Assembly (NCBI RefSeq): GCF_025526975.1
Contig: NW_026515672.1
Location: forward strand, 558,001 to 622,000
Source of the DNA: Fimicolochytrium jonesii
Taxonomy: Eukaryota
DNA length: 64,000 nucleotides
Reading direction: 5' to 3'
The notes beneath the pieces were generated by a model that saw only the letters and a program-made list of their open reading frames with translations, was not told the DNA's origin and did not search any database. This document shows positions 12,913 to 25,334 of the stretch, one piece after another. Position numbers and translations under genes: made by a program. The stretch's first letter is position 1; every line of letters starts with the position of its first letter.

Positions 12913-13350
12913 TCGCGGCTTTTTGGAAGGCATGCATTACATAGTAAATAGGTGGCTCTGTTAGGCATATGAAATTTCGACTGCAACGCTCCCTGCTTGG
13001 ATCTGGAGGTTGCAGAGTATCATGAGGCAGGTTGAGGATGTTTGCCTACGCGTCTTTGTGACGGGACCACGCTGCTGATGTCAGCGGTCGGGATGCTGTC
13101 AAAGGCCCTTTCACAATATTCCCCGACACCGAAAATAGTCTAAATCGTGGAAACTTCGGCTTTATCAAAGGCGCCAGGTGGCCGTCCTGAGAGGCGGAGA
13201 GAAGAAGCGAGCGCAAATCAATCCTTCTTTTCTGGATATCCTCTCTGCATTCGAAATCCGGGGTTCAGCAGAAGATCCAACTTTTCCCAATCCTACACAC
13301 CACTTTTTCCATCTCATCCACACGGGTACGAAGCACACCGACACCCAACC

Positions 13351-14929
13351 ATGTCAGAATACGAAACGCAAAAGCTCTCCAACCTCGGCCCTTCCTCGCC
13401 CTCCCGCGGGATGGCATCCCAAGGTCTAGGCCAAGACTATTCCGTCGACATTGAACGGCGGGGCCTGACCTCTGTCCTCCCCGACGACGACGAGATTGCC
13501 CCGTTCGATGATCTCAATGACCCGCCGGGCAAATTTAGCTGGAACCCGATGGATTGGGTGAAGGAGTTTCAGCAGGATTACAAGGAGTTTTCGTGGGCGA
13601 TGACGGAGAAGAGGAGGGTGGTGAGTTCCCTCTTTTGCTTCTATTTCGTATCAATCACGCATCTAACTCCTCCCACCGTCATCGCCAGCTTCTCCGCGCC
13701 GTCTTCGGCGAAGGTCTCTGCACCTTCCTCTTTTTGTTCATCGTCGAAGCAGTAACGGTCAACAACGGCCGCCAGGAGAACCCAGAAAACCTGACGCTGG
13801 GCGCCGTGTCGACTGCGTTCTGCAGTATTGCGCTGATCTACTCATTTGCGGATGTATCTGGAGCCCACTTCAATCCGGCGGTCACTTTTGCGACGATGGT
13901 TACGGGGAAGGTTTCTATTCGGAAGGGTAAGTTGGGGAAGCTGGTAGAGGTTCCTTTTGGGCGTATTTTGGGTACAAGAAAGGAGAATTTCACTCGCCTG
14001 CCAATGGCAATGGAAAAGCGAAAGGAAGGGCAAAATACGCCTGCCCTCGACGGATTTGCTCCACGCATGTCGCAAAACAAAAATCCAGTCTAAAAATCCT
14101 CATTGACCATTCTCCTACTTTCACCAGGCCTCGCCTTCATTGGCATCCAATTGATTGCCTCCATCTTCTCCGTTGTTGCGCTCCTGATTGTGTTCCCCGG
14201 CCCACACGCGGGCTACAGCAGCATCCCGGCATCCATCGTCGTCGACATCGACTCTACCGCCCACCTCGGACAGGCATTTGCTATGGAGCTGGCTTTGACA
14301 TTTATTCTGGTTTATGTGATTTTCGCGACCGCTTTCGATACTGGTATGTGGGAGTGAGCTCATATCTTGGGAAAGGGGTAAGCCTGTAGGCTCCCGCGTG
14401 CAGTTGGGATTGACCCTCTTTTCTCTGTTGAAACAGTCGACACCTCCAACGCTGTGAAAGTGAAAGCCAAGGGGGCTGGCCAAAAGGACGAGAGCGTCGG
14501 CCGCAACTTAACTATTTACACGACATCCGGCAATACCAAAGCCGGTTTCGCCCCTTTTGCGATCGGATTCACTCTCGGATTCTTGGTATGTCTTTGTCTC
14601 AAAAGTACCCACCATTTCCCGTTTAGCCCTTGTTGCCTTGTCCGAAGGATTGCTTTGCTCCCGATCGGTCGCTAATCATTCGCCCATTCCAGGGCCTAAT
14701 CGGCGGCACCGTCTCCGGCGGCGCCTTCAATCCCGCGCGTGCATTCGGCCCAGCTCTCCTCTCAGGCAAATGGAGCAACCACTGGGTATACTGGTTCGGC
14801 GACTTCATCGGAGCCGGTCTAGCGGGATGGGCACAGCACTTCTTTGCGCATGAGGCGACGCAGACGAGTGCTGACCAGAAGACCAAGAAGGGCGCTGAGA
14901 GGGAGAGGGCAGAACAGGCTGCCGTTTAA
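13351..14929 (+). CDS. Aquaporin (MIP family), 5 exons
   Basis: [44 protein letters not shown] and HWVYW motifs; four GT-AG introns join in frame. Confidence 0.93.
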
Positions 14930-15386
14930 GGGTGGGCATGCGAAAGGGCATTATTTTGTGATGGTGCAGTGGGTGGAAACATTGGATGTTGGGGTGGGGG
15001 TTGGACGTAATGTGTAATCGAAAGCCATGCCAAGTTGAGGGAATCCCTCAAAGACAGCAATCTTGTATTTTTCCCTCGATTCTGATATGCGATGGAGCAA
15101 ACTGACGGAAGGACCGTCGAACTCGGAATTTCTATAAAAAAAAGCCAAGAGTACAAGAGGAACAGGGAGCCGGGGAAAGTCAGTCAAGCTCTTCCCATTG
15201 AGTTCTCTTCAATCATCAAAATAACGGAAACTAGCCAACGTAAATCACATATCGCCGAACTCCCAAGAAACCAAAATCTATTCAGTATGTACAATCTCTC
15301 CATCCGCGGGGACACCCCACGCTGTCCTGCGCCCATCTCTTCTCTGTCGCGGCACAATGTTCACACAAGCACTCCCTTCCTTCACC

Positions 15387-18300
15387 CTACAGCTCCACCT
15401 TCCCTCTACAAAACGGGCACCCTCCACCCTTGAGCACCTGATAAGCCCACTCATCTTCCAAAAAGAATTGCTTGCAGTACGTGCAGCACACAATGGGCAC
15501 GTCGGTGATCATCGTCTTGTAATACTGAGTAGGTATACACGCCCGGTCCCAATGACGGACCAGTACAGCCTGTCTGTCCATCGCGATGAGGGCCTTGCGC
15601 CCCACGAGCAGCGGCGTGTAGTTTAGAGCGGTAACACCTGAGGTGGTGAGTGCGGCGAGCTGGCGGGCGAACGGATCGTCTTTATTGGAGTTCAGGGCAG
15701 AGGATGGGCGGACGGAGTGAGTGCCGACTAAACCGCCTTTGGGTTTGCCCGTGTCGTCTTTGGATCCCGTTGTGTCTTGTTTGGGGTCGAAGGAGACGGG
15801 GTCTGTGAGAACTAACCGCATCGCCTCGTCGTGTCCGACGCCTTGTTCAATGGCGAACTGCACGACGGGGAGTGTTACGAAGGAGTAGAAAGACACGACG
15901 AACGGTTCCCCGCACGCTGTGCATACGTTGCCCTTGGGATTCACCAGCGGATTCAGCGTCGAGCAATGGTAGCAGATCGGTTGCAGATTCTCCTTATCCA
16001 GATTCGGATGGGCTCTGATGGTCAACGTGCCTACGTCGATGATTTCCTGCCATTGTGGGGGTATGACCATAGTCTGCAGTTTGTCAAATGCATATCGGGC
16101 GACTTTGAACGCGCCTAGAGCTTGCGAGAGGCGCGCCAGGGCATAGAGTGTGTATACTTTGGATACACCTTTGGGCGTTTCGTTGTGGTTGAGGTAGTGG
16201 AGGATGAATCGTGCCATGTTGAACAAGGTTTCCGGGAGGTGGGATGTGAATGGCTCGTCAATGTAGCGGGAGATGTAATAGTACGCATAGTACACCTCGG
16301 CTGACGCGTAAAACTTCCGGAAGGCCTTAAGCGCTGATTTCTCAGTGTACGAAAGCTCGTCCAGTGGCGTCGTGCGGGGAATAATATCCAGCTGCTCCGA
16401 ACTCATCGTCCAGTAGTAATAAGCAGCATCATCGAACCTGTGCTCAACCACCGCGTTCTCGGTAAGCTCGCCCAGCACTTTCAGCGCCTCTTCGACCTTG
16501 CCCGCTTTCCTGAAGTTCTCCTGCGCCTCCAAAAAGTCGCCGTTAGTGGCCAGGTAGTTGGCGTAGGGGAGATAGATCTGATCCAAGAGTTCCGGATGCG
16601 TTTCCGCTAATTTAAACGCCTCGTCCCAGTGTTGCAGCTCGATATGCAGCTTCAGAAGGTGCGCGATATCTCCCATCTTCACTAGGGTTTCAGCCGCGTA
16701 CGCATGGTGGTTATTCTTACGGAAGTAATATACGCAGCGACTAAGCCCTTTTGTATCCCCCTGGTCCAGCTTCCTCGCCACGTCCATCAACTTGTCCAGC
16801 CTTCCATTTGGACCAAGGATGTCGATAGCTTTCATGAAATCGCCCACTTGTGCGTACGTTTCCGCGGCGGCTAGGAGGTCGTTTCGATCATGTTGTGTTT
16901 GCGCTTTGCGATGGAGGATGCTTTCCATGTTTGTGTGGGTGTCGTGGGCAAACGCGGTGGCTTGGTCCCACATGTTGAGCTCAGTATACATGTCGATGGC
17001 TTTTTGTGGGTTGCCGGTCTTCTTGTACAGCTTCGCCGCCTAGGAAATCGAAGGGTAAATGTGCCACCTTCTCCAGCAGCGATGTGACAACAAGAGTTTG
17101 TGCCTGGAGTCTTACCTCCTGAAACCTGCCCGTATACGCATACACATCCGCCAGCAGTGCCTCCGGATCCCATTTCCCTTCGCTTTTCACCTTTTCCATC
17201 CCTCTAATCAGATCAATAAACTGCATATCTCTCGTCCTTATGAATGCCTTAAGCGCAACATCCAATCTCGACGCCTCAAGCGCGTCCAAGGCCAGTCGTC
17301 TCCAATCCGCTTCCGTGACGCCCAAGCACGCGACCTTATACGCAGCGTCAAAATCTTTCTTATCGAGGTATCTCTCCAGGGAGGCGGATTGCGGCACATC
17401 TACCGTCGTCATGGAGTAGACGTGTAAGCAGAAGATGTGAGAGCCTTTGAACCCGACGACAAAACCCTGCATCTTTTGTTGGTGGGGTGGGAAGTTGTTG
17501 GCTTTGATGTTGAGGAGCCCGCCGCCTGAGTAGCAGATGATGTCCTCGAGCTCGGTGTTGCATGCGACGCTATTGGCATTCGGTTCTTGATACAGAAGCT
17601 GTTTCGATTTCATGTCGTACACGAAGCAGATGTTGTGCTCATCAACTACTGCCAGCGTTTTGCGCTGAAGACTGAGATCCAGGCACCGGACCGCCGACTG
17701 CATTTTCAGTACCTCGACGGGGAAAGGGTTGTTGATGAAGATTTGGGATATTTGCCCGTCCTTGAGTCCGACCAACAAGCCTTCCCGTCCCGGCCGTCCC
17801 CCAATCACTTTGATGTATCGTATGGTAGACCCCAGAATCCATTCCCGTTCTGCCTCGCCTTGGAAGTTGTAGCTTTGCAGTTTCCGTTCCATGCAGAAAA
17901 TGATATTCTGTGCCGTGACTACGAGCAGATTGCAATCGACCTTCTTTGCAATCTTCTGCTTGATTCTGTAGTGCATATCGGATGCATCGTCGTGGAACAA
18001 CTCGTAGATGATGATCTTCTCAGGCAATTGTACCGCCAACCGATCTTTATGCACTGCAATCTTTTTAACCCAGTCGCGGCATTTGATCCGCGCGCGTTGG
18101 TTCGTTGAAAGGTGTTGTATGACAACATCTGTCATGCTTTCCCGATACGCATATCGGTCATGGTATAGGCCATGCACCGTGTTGAAAGTAACCTGGTAGA
18201 TCGCGATGATCCCGTCATGCGTCCCCACGGCCACATAGTTCTGCCGTGGTTTGACTTTGCAGGACCAAATCCAGTTGTCCAGCTCACACACTTGTCCCAA

Positions 18301-19257
18301 CCGAGCACCCTCCGTTGTCCAGAGTGTGACCTTCCGGTCAGATCCTCCCAAAGCGACATATTCACCGGTTCCAAAGTATGACACGGTGCAAGGGTCATAT
18401 CCAAGTGGGCGATCCTTTCCCACTTGGCGACCGCTCAGTTGAAAGAAGGATAGTCTCTGATTCCAATCCGCCACAGCCAGGAGATCATATTCTCGGGTCG
18501 GGGATGGGTTCCATGCGATGGACCAGACGGGGCTATCTCCCCGCTCTATGCGAAGTCTCTCCTCGCCGCTTCTGCTGCGGATACTGATGTGACCGTTGAA
18601 TAACCCGAGCGCAAATGTCTGTCCATCTGGCGTCCATGATACTGTGCAAATACGTGATGGGACCTGATATTGGGAAATATTGGTATACTTCCAGGTCTCA
18701 AGGCATAGAGCGATGCCTCAGGCTGCACATACCTTGTGTTTAGCAACGCTCTTGACGTCGGCAGACCAGATCCCGAAATCCGTCGCCGTACAGGAAACAA
18801 CCTGCGATCCCACCGGACTTTCACTAATCGCTTGGATAGTATCGTTATGCGAATACTTCAGGATCCCCTCCAGCTTGTTGTTCCATATCACAACCTGCTT
18901 ATCCGCTCCACCGGACGCAAACCCATTTGCCATGCCCGTCAGGCATAGTACGGTGTCTTTGTGGGCCTTTAACGAGCGGAGTAGCTCGCCTTCTGCTGCA
19001 TCGTAGACTAATATCTCGGTCCCGGCGGTTGCGACGAGCTGGTTGCTGTGGTTGAGGAAGGCGACATCGTATATGGGTTGGCGAATGCCGTCTGTATCTT
19101 GCACCTAACCTTGCGGGGGTCAGCTCGATCAGATGATGTCCAAGATGGAGTTTCCCATGGAGGGCTCGTGGAACATAAAACCAGCCAGACATTGCGACGA
19201 GTCCTAGCGAAAGCCTAAGCAACATACCTTATCCTGCCATACGAGGAAGGACTTCAT
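15387..19257 (-). CDS. IFT122: Intraflagellar transport protein 122 (IFT-A core; WD40 + TPR + C-terminal Zn ribbons)
   Basis: FASGGADKQVVIW, FNTVHGLYHDRYAYRESMTDVVIQHL, AYKVACLGVTEADWRRLA, KAIDMYTELNMWD, C-terminal CYHCSTLNPL and CPFCR. First micro-exon MKSFLVWQDK. Confidence 0.95.
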
Positions 19258-19973
19258 TTGTGTGAGCGGTTCCGAGTCAGCGGCGTGTGGGTATGCAAGG
19301 GAATGGCCCTGCGCACGCACAACCTGGTTGGTTTGGGCGATAGTTCAGTAAGTCCAAATCCAACGCGAAACCCAACAAACGCGTCGCGTGGGAATCTGGG
19401 AATGCCAACCAAAATCAGAATGCCAACCATCTGGACATGCCCTCAATGGACTGCACACGGCGGAAAGAGCAGCCCGGATCTGCAGAAGCCTACATAAACA
19501 GTATATAGAGTGAAAGAGTAGAGTCCAGATACCAGATACCAATGCGAGAGGAATAAATGGGCCATGGTTGTGAACGGAAAAAGTATCGGGAGGCATATAT
19601 GGACGTCACACATACGCTACATAGGACTCCCATGAAATCAACACGAACGGCCCTTTGGCTCTTCTGGCAAGTGTTACCGTATAGCCAGATATCATCTCGG
19701 GCTGGTGTTCCAAGCTAAAGCTCGAAACTGGGACCTTGAATCATCATAGCTGGCGTATTTTCCCTCAGAGTCCACTTCACAACCATGGGAGGTGGTTCCA
19801 GATGTTTTTCGCATGACTCGCGGCAGGGATGTGGTTCTCCCGACTCAGGGTGGTGTAAAAGCAAGGAAATCAAAATCGGATGTACCCACCACCGCGCGTA
19901 GCCCAGATATACCGGTATATGCCCTACACATACCGGTATATTCTGCAACATGACCGGCGAGCCATTGCGAGAC

Positions 19974-20028
19974 ATGTCCGGACCAGAAAGGACCTGTGGG
20001 CACAAACAATGCAGGCTGGTAAGCCCTT

Positions 20029-20069
<41 letters not shown>

Positions 20070-21205
20070 ACTTCCTGTCACGTCTCCTCACAGAAAGGAC
20101 TTTCTGCGGCCGAGATTGAAATTGCGAGGCTTGAAATTGCCACCAATGCCACCGACAGCAGCAACGACACTGTGACGCTGAAGAAGGGCCAGCGACGACG
20201 AGAGAATGCGAAGGGGGTGCTGTTGGGAGGTTGGCTTTGGTGCAAGGGGAAGGATGGTGTCTGCGAGCATGGGGGATGGTTCCACCGACTCTGCTGCATG
20301 AAACCAGAGACAAGGAAACCTTGTTGGTGGTGCAATGACTGCCGACCCAGCAAGTACCACAAAAACAGGATTTGGAAGGAGGTGGAGGGAGCGATCGCTG
20401 CAGCGAGGGCAGCGGAGGAGACAAACAAGGAAGTGGGGGGAGAGGTCGCATTGGGCACTGTAGGGCACCCTGTCCTCGGAGGTTGGGCAGCGAGACCGAG
20501 GAGGACCCGGGCTTTGTGCGAGCGAAGAAGAGGAAAACAACACCAGGGGCTCGGGAACTGCAGCGACGAGAAAAGTTCAACAAACTGGTGGACGACGATC
20601 GAGCTGGAAGACCACCTTCAGTGTCGCAGATTGGAGTTGTCGACAAGCATGGGTACGATCGCCCAGTGGTGCTGGTATCCCCTCGCATCTCACCCATGCT
20701 CGATGCCAAGGCACTTGCTTATGGGGTTTCGCTCCCACGACGAGTACAGGAGTGGCTTGACAACAAAGAGACAGTAACCATCGTCGCTCAGATTCCGAAT
20801 CGTGTACGAGGCTGCTTCCATCGAACTCCACCTGATGCAGACTTGAAGCCTCCGACTCTACTTCTCACCACCGACTCGATCATCTATGGCCTCGACAGCG
20901 ACAATAAGTTCATCATTCTTGCATTGTATATGCCCAATGCATTCGGCGAGCGAGCAATGAACGAAATGACCAAGTGCTATCAAGCCTGGATTCAAGCCCC
21001 TCGGGCAGATTTGCAACCTGTTTCTCGTACAGCAAGTGTTCGCTATACCCATGAGCGAGCTGGGAGTCACCGAGAAAAGTTGGACGAGACATGCCGATCG
21101 ACTCATTCAGGAACTTGGGTTCGTCGTGGACATGGAACTGTCACTCCAGTGGGCGAAGTGACTGGTAGTAAGAATGCTGACAGGTATGATGGTGGATGTC
21201 GTTGA
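19974..21205 (+). pseudogene. Frameshifted and truncated gene: PHD-like finger plus N-terminal half of a putative TET/JBP-like 2OG-Fe(II) dioxygenase
   Basis: Intron 20019-20093; CKGKDGVCEHGGWFHRLCC...WWCNDC; frame change near 20450-20480; then IIYGLDSDNKFIILALYMPNAF and HSGTWVRRGH. Stops at 21205 with no HxD...H catalytic part. Confidence 0.45.
20032..20067. repeat. (AC)18 microsatellite inside a 75-nt intron
   Basis: Direct reading; flanked by the GTAAGC donor at 20019 and the CAG acceptor at 20093. Confidence 0.95.
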
Positions 21206-21967
21206 CTTGGTGCTCCCGACTTGCCCGCGAAGCTTAAACACGCGGAAGCTGGATCTAACCGGTCTTTGCGTGGTTACAACGGACAGGACAAGGTACTAGA
21301 TGGTGGGCGGGCGTGTTCCGTCGCAACTTGACCTGTTCCACCGTGCTGAGAGGACGGAATGCCAACCCATCGTCCCCGAAGACACCCCGGCCCCCTCCCC
21401 TCTCCTCTCTGCCCCCTTCACCCTACGGAGACCTTCCCTCGTCTCTGTCTGCGCTGGCGGCGAAGGGCCATTTTCGGCGGTCCATAGTTCGCAAATCGCG
21501 TGTGCAGCTGAGCGAGGACGAACGTGTACAAGTCCGGTTGTGCTTGTGAATGTGTTGGTAAGTCAGAAGGAGGCTGAAGGAGGCAAGTGAGGTGGTGGTA
21601 GTCTGAAGAAACAGTGATCACAGCTGTAGTACGGCGTCGTCTTCTCCAAAGCGAAGTTCTATATATACAGTTAGTCACTCATCGTGAACGCACGAGCACT
21701 CACGCGTCACTGTCTGCGTCACTGTGCTCGTCAAGGATCATACGGAAGACGCGGCTTCATCCTCTGCATCTCAGGCAGCATCTCAGGGCCGTCTCAACTT
21801 CCCCCGTCGACCTCTTCTCAGCCGTTCCCTATTCGCTCTTCGAAGCAGCGGGTACATACATACATACATACTGTACATACTTACATACAGCGAAAAGGCT
21901 CATTTTCTGGAGCCCCCAACAACAGCTCAACCTCCGAGTCCTGACAGCTGTCACCCGATCTCCCAAC

Positions 21968-22513
21968 ATGTCCTTCACAACACGGCTCCCATCTCTGCCG
22001 CTCATCACGCTTACGCTACTAGTCCTCCTCTCGCTCCTGCGCCCCTCACCATCCCTCAACTCCAGCCTGCTCGTTCTCGCTCGGAAGCCAAAATTCGGGC
22101 AGGACACCAACTACGGCGATTACATGAAAGCCGCCAAATACGGCCGCTCGCACATGCACGACGGCACTGCTGAGGCTGCTGCCGAGGCGGCAGCCCAGCA
22201 CGACACGACACCACCGCCGTCCGAGGATCCGAATCATTACAGCAAAGAGAGCGAGCAGGAAGATCTGTTCTACTTCTTCTCCCTAGCGGATCAGAACGGT
22301 GATCACTACCTCGATGGCCATGAGCTGAGACATACGTACACCACTGGCGGCGGGGAGCAATCGACGGAGCATCCGCCTAAGGAGCATCGGCTGCCGCTGG
22401 AGGAGGTTGAGAGCATGATCGATCATACGTTGCTGGAGGATGATATTGATGGGGATGGGAAGATTAGCTGGGATGAGTACTTGGCTAGTCAGTTTTACCA
22501 TCAGAAGGTTTAG
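21968..22513 (+). CDS. Secreted two-EF-hand protein, MCFD2/Ssp120-like ER-Golgi cargo receptor subunit
   Basis: Signal peptide (LPLITLTLLVLLSLL), EQEDLFYFFSLADQNGDHYLDGHEL and DDIDGDGKISWDEYL. Confidence 0.8.
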   Translation: MSFTTRLPSLPLITLTLLVLLSLLRPSPSLNSSLLVLARKPKFGQDTNYGDYMKAAKYGRSHMHDGTAEAAAEAAAQHDTTPPPSEDPNHYSKESEQEDLFYFFSLADQNGDHYLDGHELRHTYTTGGGEQSTEHPPKEHRLPLEEVESMIDHTLLEDDIDGDGKISWDEYLASQFYHQKV

Positions 22514-23087
22514 AGAGGGATTCAGAAAGCTTCATCCCGTATTGCGAGTTGGATGGTCGACAATCGTTCTATGTAGATATCGGTCGAGATTCCATAATGG
22601 ATACTCATCTAACACACCTCTAAACACGATGGCCGCGCCGAATTCGATCAGATTTCGCACAGGTGTATCCGCCCGCGAAGTGCATTTTTGTCAATCGGGG
22701 AATGGCTTCTAATACACATCAGAAGACTTGATTGCATCACACTGTAAAGAAGACTCGAAAGATAGAAAGTCCTTGGTGCGGAGGAAGAAGCGTGCCAGCC
22801 GGTCTATAGGAAGGGGTTCGGCGTAGATGGCGCACACTTCACGCAGTTCCAGAACATATTATGGACGTCGATTCGTATGTCGTGAACACACGCCAATGAC
22901 TATACATAAGCTAACTGCTCGCAAACATTTCTTATTCCTTGCATTCCTATTCGAACATGCAAAACTCATCCAGGTAGACCAGTATCTATGGGCAAGAGTA
23001 TGGGTCTTGAGTATGTATGGAGCGAACAAGCTGCGACGCGACGATTCGATTGCAAACCCGGGAAAGAGAAAGATGAAAAAATAAATG

Positions 23088-23169
23088 TGACGAGAGTGGG
23101 GTTCGAACCCACGCCCCTTGCGGGATTACGGCCTAAACGTAACGTCGTAGACCACTTGACTATCTCGCC
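23088..23169 (-). tRNA. tRNA-Leu, anticodon TAG, 82 nt, intronless
   Basis: Acceptor stem GGCGAGA/TCTCGTC plus A discriminator; anticodon stem TTACG/CGTAA with loop TT-TAG-GC; long variable arm CCCGCAAGGG; T-loop GGTTCGAACC; oligo-T Pol III terminator immediately downstream (23076-23085). Confidence 0.96.
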
Positions 23170-24410
23170 TTGAGCGCCCCCTAAAACATGAATCCTTTTA
23201 CAAAGACTCTTCATGCCGCGCAGGTGAATCTACCTCGAGTTGACCATCTCGTGCAAAACCTCATCCCCAACTCTGTCTGGCGGGATCATCTTTTTCCTCC
23301 AACTTCTGCCGTTTTCTCACCACACCCTTATCCTCCGGTGAGGGAGAGACATGCAGAATACCAACACGACCTTCAAAGCGCTCCACCTCTTGCCTTGCTC
23401 AAGTTAACCCAATAGCGGTTGGCCGTATCCATATTATGCACGGCAATGCCACCGGCTGCTGTTGGAGCAATATTGCGTGTTGTGCAAGCCCGGCGCCACC
23501 TGTATAGTCTCGCTGATGGCCGGCGTGTGCATACAAGCTCCGCAGTTTGTTCGGATATTCGGGTATACTACATATGCATCCACATCCAAACAGGCGATAT
23601 CGGCCATCTCGCCTTCATAGAATGACAGCGTGTTCCGTTAGATGTAGTCAGTCAGCATGGTTTCCCATGAGTAATTCCAAAGCCGAGCACTTCACCTTGG
23701 CCAAGTTGAGATGGCGCCTCGAATTTTACCACGGCCTCCACCGGCCTTGGAAACAGACCTACGTGGAAGACTCGTATGCGTCTATCTGATTGCCGTGCCT
23801 TCTTGGGTCAACGGCATTTACTCGTGGTTTATTGCGGATGGGACGAGTCGGGGATGCAGAATAAGCCTCTCTGTCTATCACATTGATGGCGGCTCGAAGC
23901 AATATCTGCTCTTGCCTCATGTGGTCTGGGGTAACTGGGTGTGAAAAGTCTGACATCTGACGGCGGGTTCGCGTGAGGTACAAAGCTCGTAACTCCGACA
24001 TATCTATCATACATGTAGGTAGACGCGCTTGACGTCACTGTCGCTCTGCGCTTATCCGTGGTTCCTCTCCATGAAGATGCAAGCGCCAATGCATCATCCA
24101 GGAGCTCGTTCAAGGGCACCCGTCCCTCGTCGGATACAGATTGTTCCATTCGCATCATGATTCATTCGACGCTCGAAACGTCATGATCTGCCGTGTGGGG
24201 TGGAGTGCCAAGAATGTGCTTCATATTACTTTCCATAAAATGCTGCCCTGTTGTTGAAGCCTCCAAGGCCCTCCTTACCTTTGGACTCTACTCGCTGGCC
24301 TAACAGGGAAAGGTTCACGCCAACAATCCAATCTGATTTCGTATAGCACCCAAAGGGTCGTTCATCACCCGAAACGATCGAAGATAGAGCAGAATCTCAG
24401 ACGACCAGCT

Positions 24411-24712
24411 ATGTCGCTTCCCCTACCTGTCGTCTGCTGCGAATTCGGCACCGGTACGTCAATATTTCTCCTACTCATCCTTCACACACTCCTCATGCTT
24501 ACTCGTTCCCGCTTTTCCCCACGAAACCAGGTCCCTGCGGCTGCAAAGTTGTCGGCCCAACCCTCGGCTTCCTCTTCGCCTGCATAGCGGCGATCCCGTT
24601 CTGGCTCGCCGGCGCTGTGCTGTGGATCGTATGTCTGCATGAGATGGCGCGCAGGGCGTTCATTACGCCGTCGAGAGTTTGGGCGGGGACCGCGGGTTGT
24701 ATACCGTTTTAG
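24411..24712 (+). CDS. 74-aa Cys-containing membrane microprotein, TAXIMIN-like (2 exons)
   Basis: Exon 1 24411-24453, intron 24454-24530 (GTACGT...GCTTAC...CCAG), exon 2 24531-24712. Product: MSLPLPVVCCEFGTGPCGCKVVGPTLGFLFACIAAIPFWLAGAVLWIVCLHEMARRAFITPSRVWAGTAGCIPF. Confidence 0.75.
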
Positions 24713-25334
24713 CGAACGTGGGGTGGGTTGGGAGGTTGAGTAGGAAACGCATCAGACGTGGACGCCGCGTTTACATCGAGGTGTTGGGATGCAGCGATGG
24801 GCATTTTTGGGGAGCAAGGATTTGTAAATGGATCAGCAATGCTTCGGATCGTCAAGGCCCTTGGCCATGTACATGTAGGGCAAAATAGAAATCAGTTCAT
24901 GGTGGGGTCGAGAATATCAGCTCGCCTGTATCCCAACGTCTGCAATACATCATCGGAAGACCGCGTTCGCGAAAGGCCAAATGACCAGCTGCCGACAACG
25001 CAACAGGTACCTTCAAAGGGCATGTCTTCCCTGTGGGGCAAACGAAACTCTCCCCACGTCTATGAACTACGAAAAGGGGACGTCTCGATTATTCATGGAA
25101 GAGTGATTAACTGGTGATAGTGAGGGGGGTGCTACAGACTACGTAACGTATGTACAAAACTGATGACCGATTATTTGAGTGAGAGCCAAAAGAGGTGTTG
25201 ATCGTGATGATAATGATGGTGGCAGTATGATATGTTGCAGTACGCCGCGTCGCTAGCCAAGAGTAACGGGTGCGACTGAAGGTGGAAAGCATTTCCTGTT
25301 TTGTGATGGTGTCGTTTTCCAGTTTATGACTTCC

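Noticed and set aside
21614..21967. N-terminal 118 aa of the 299-aa ORF
   Set aside because: Non-ATG start and low-complexity (TACA)n leader; the signal peptide begins at ATG 21968.
23200..24300. Short ORFs between the tRNA and the microprotein gene
   Set aside because: No consistent frame, splice pattern or recognisable motif.
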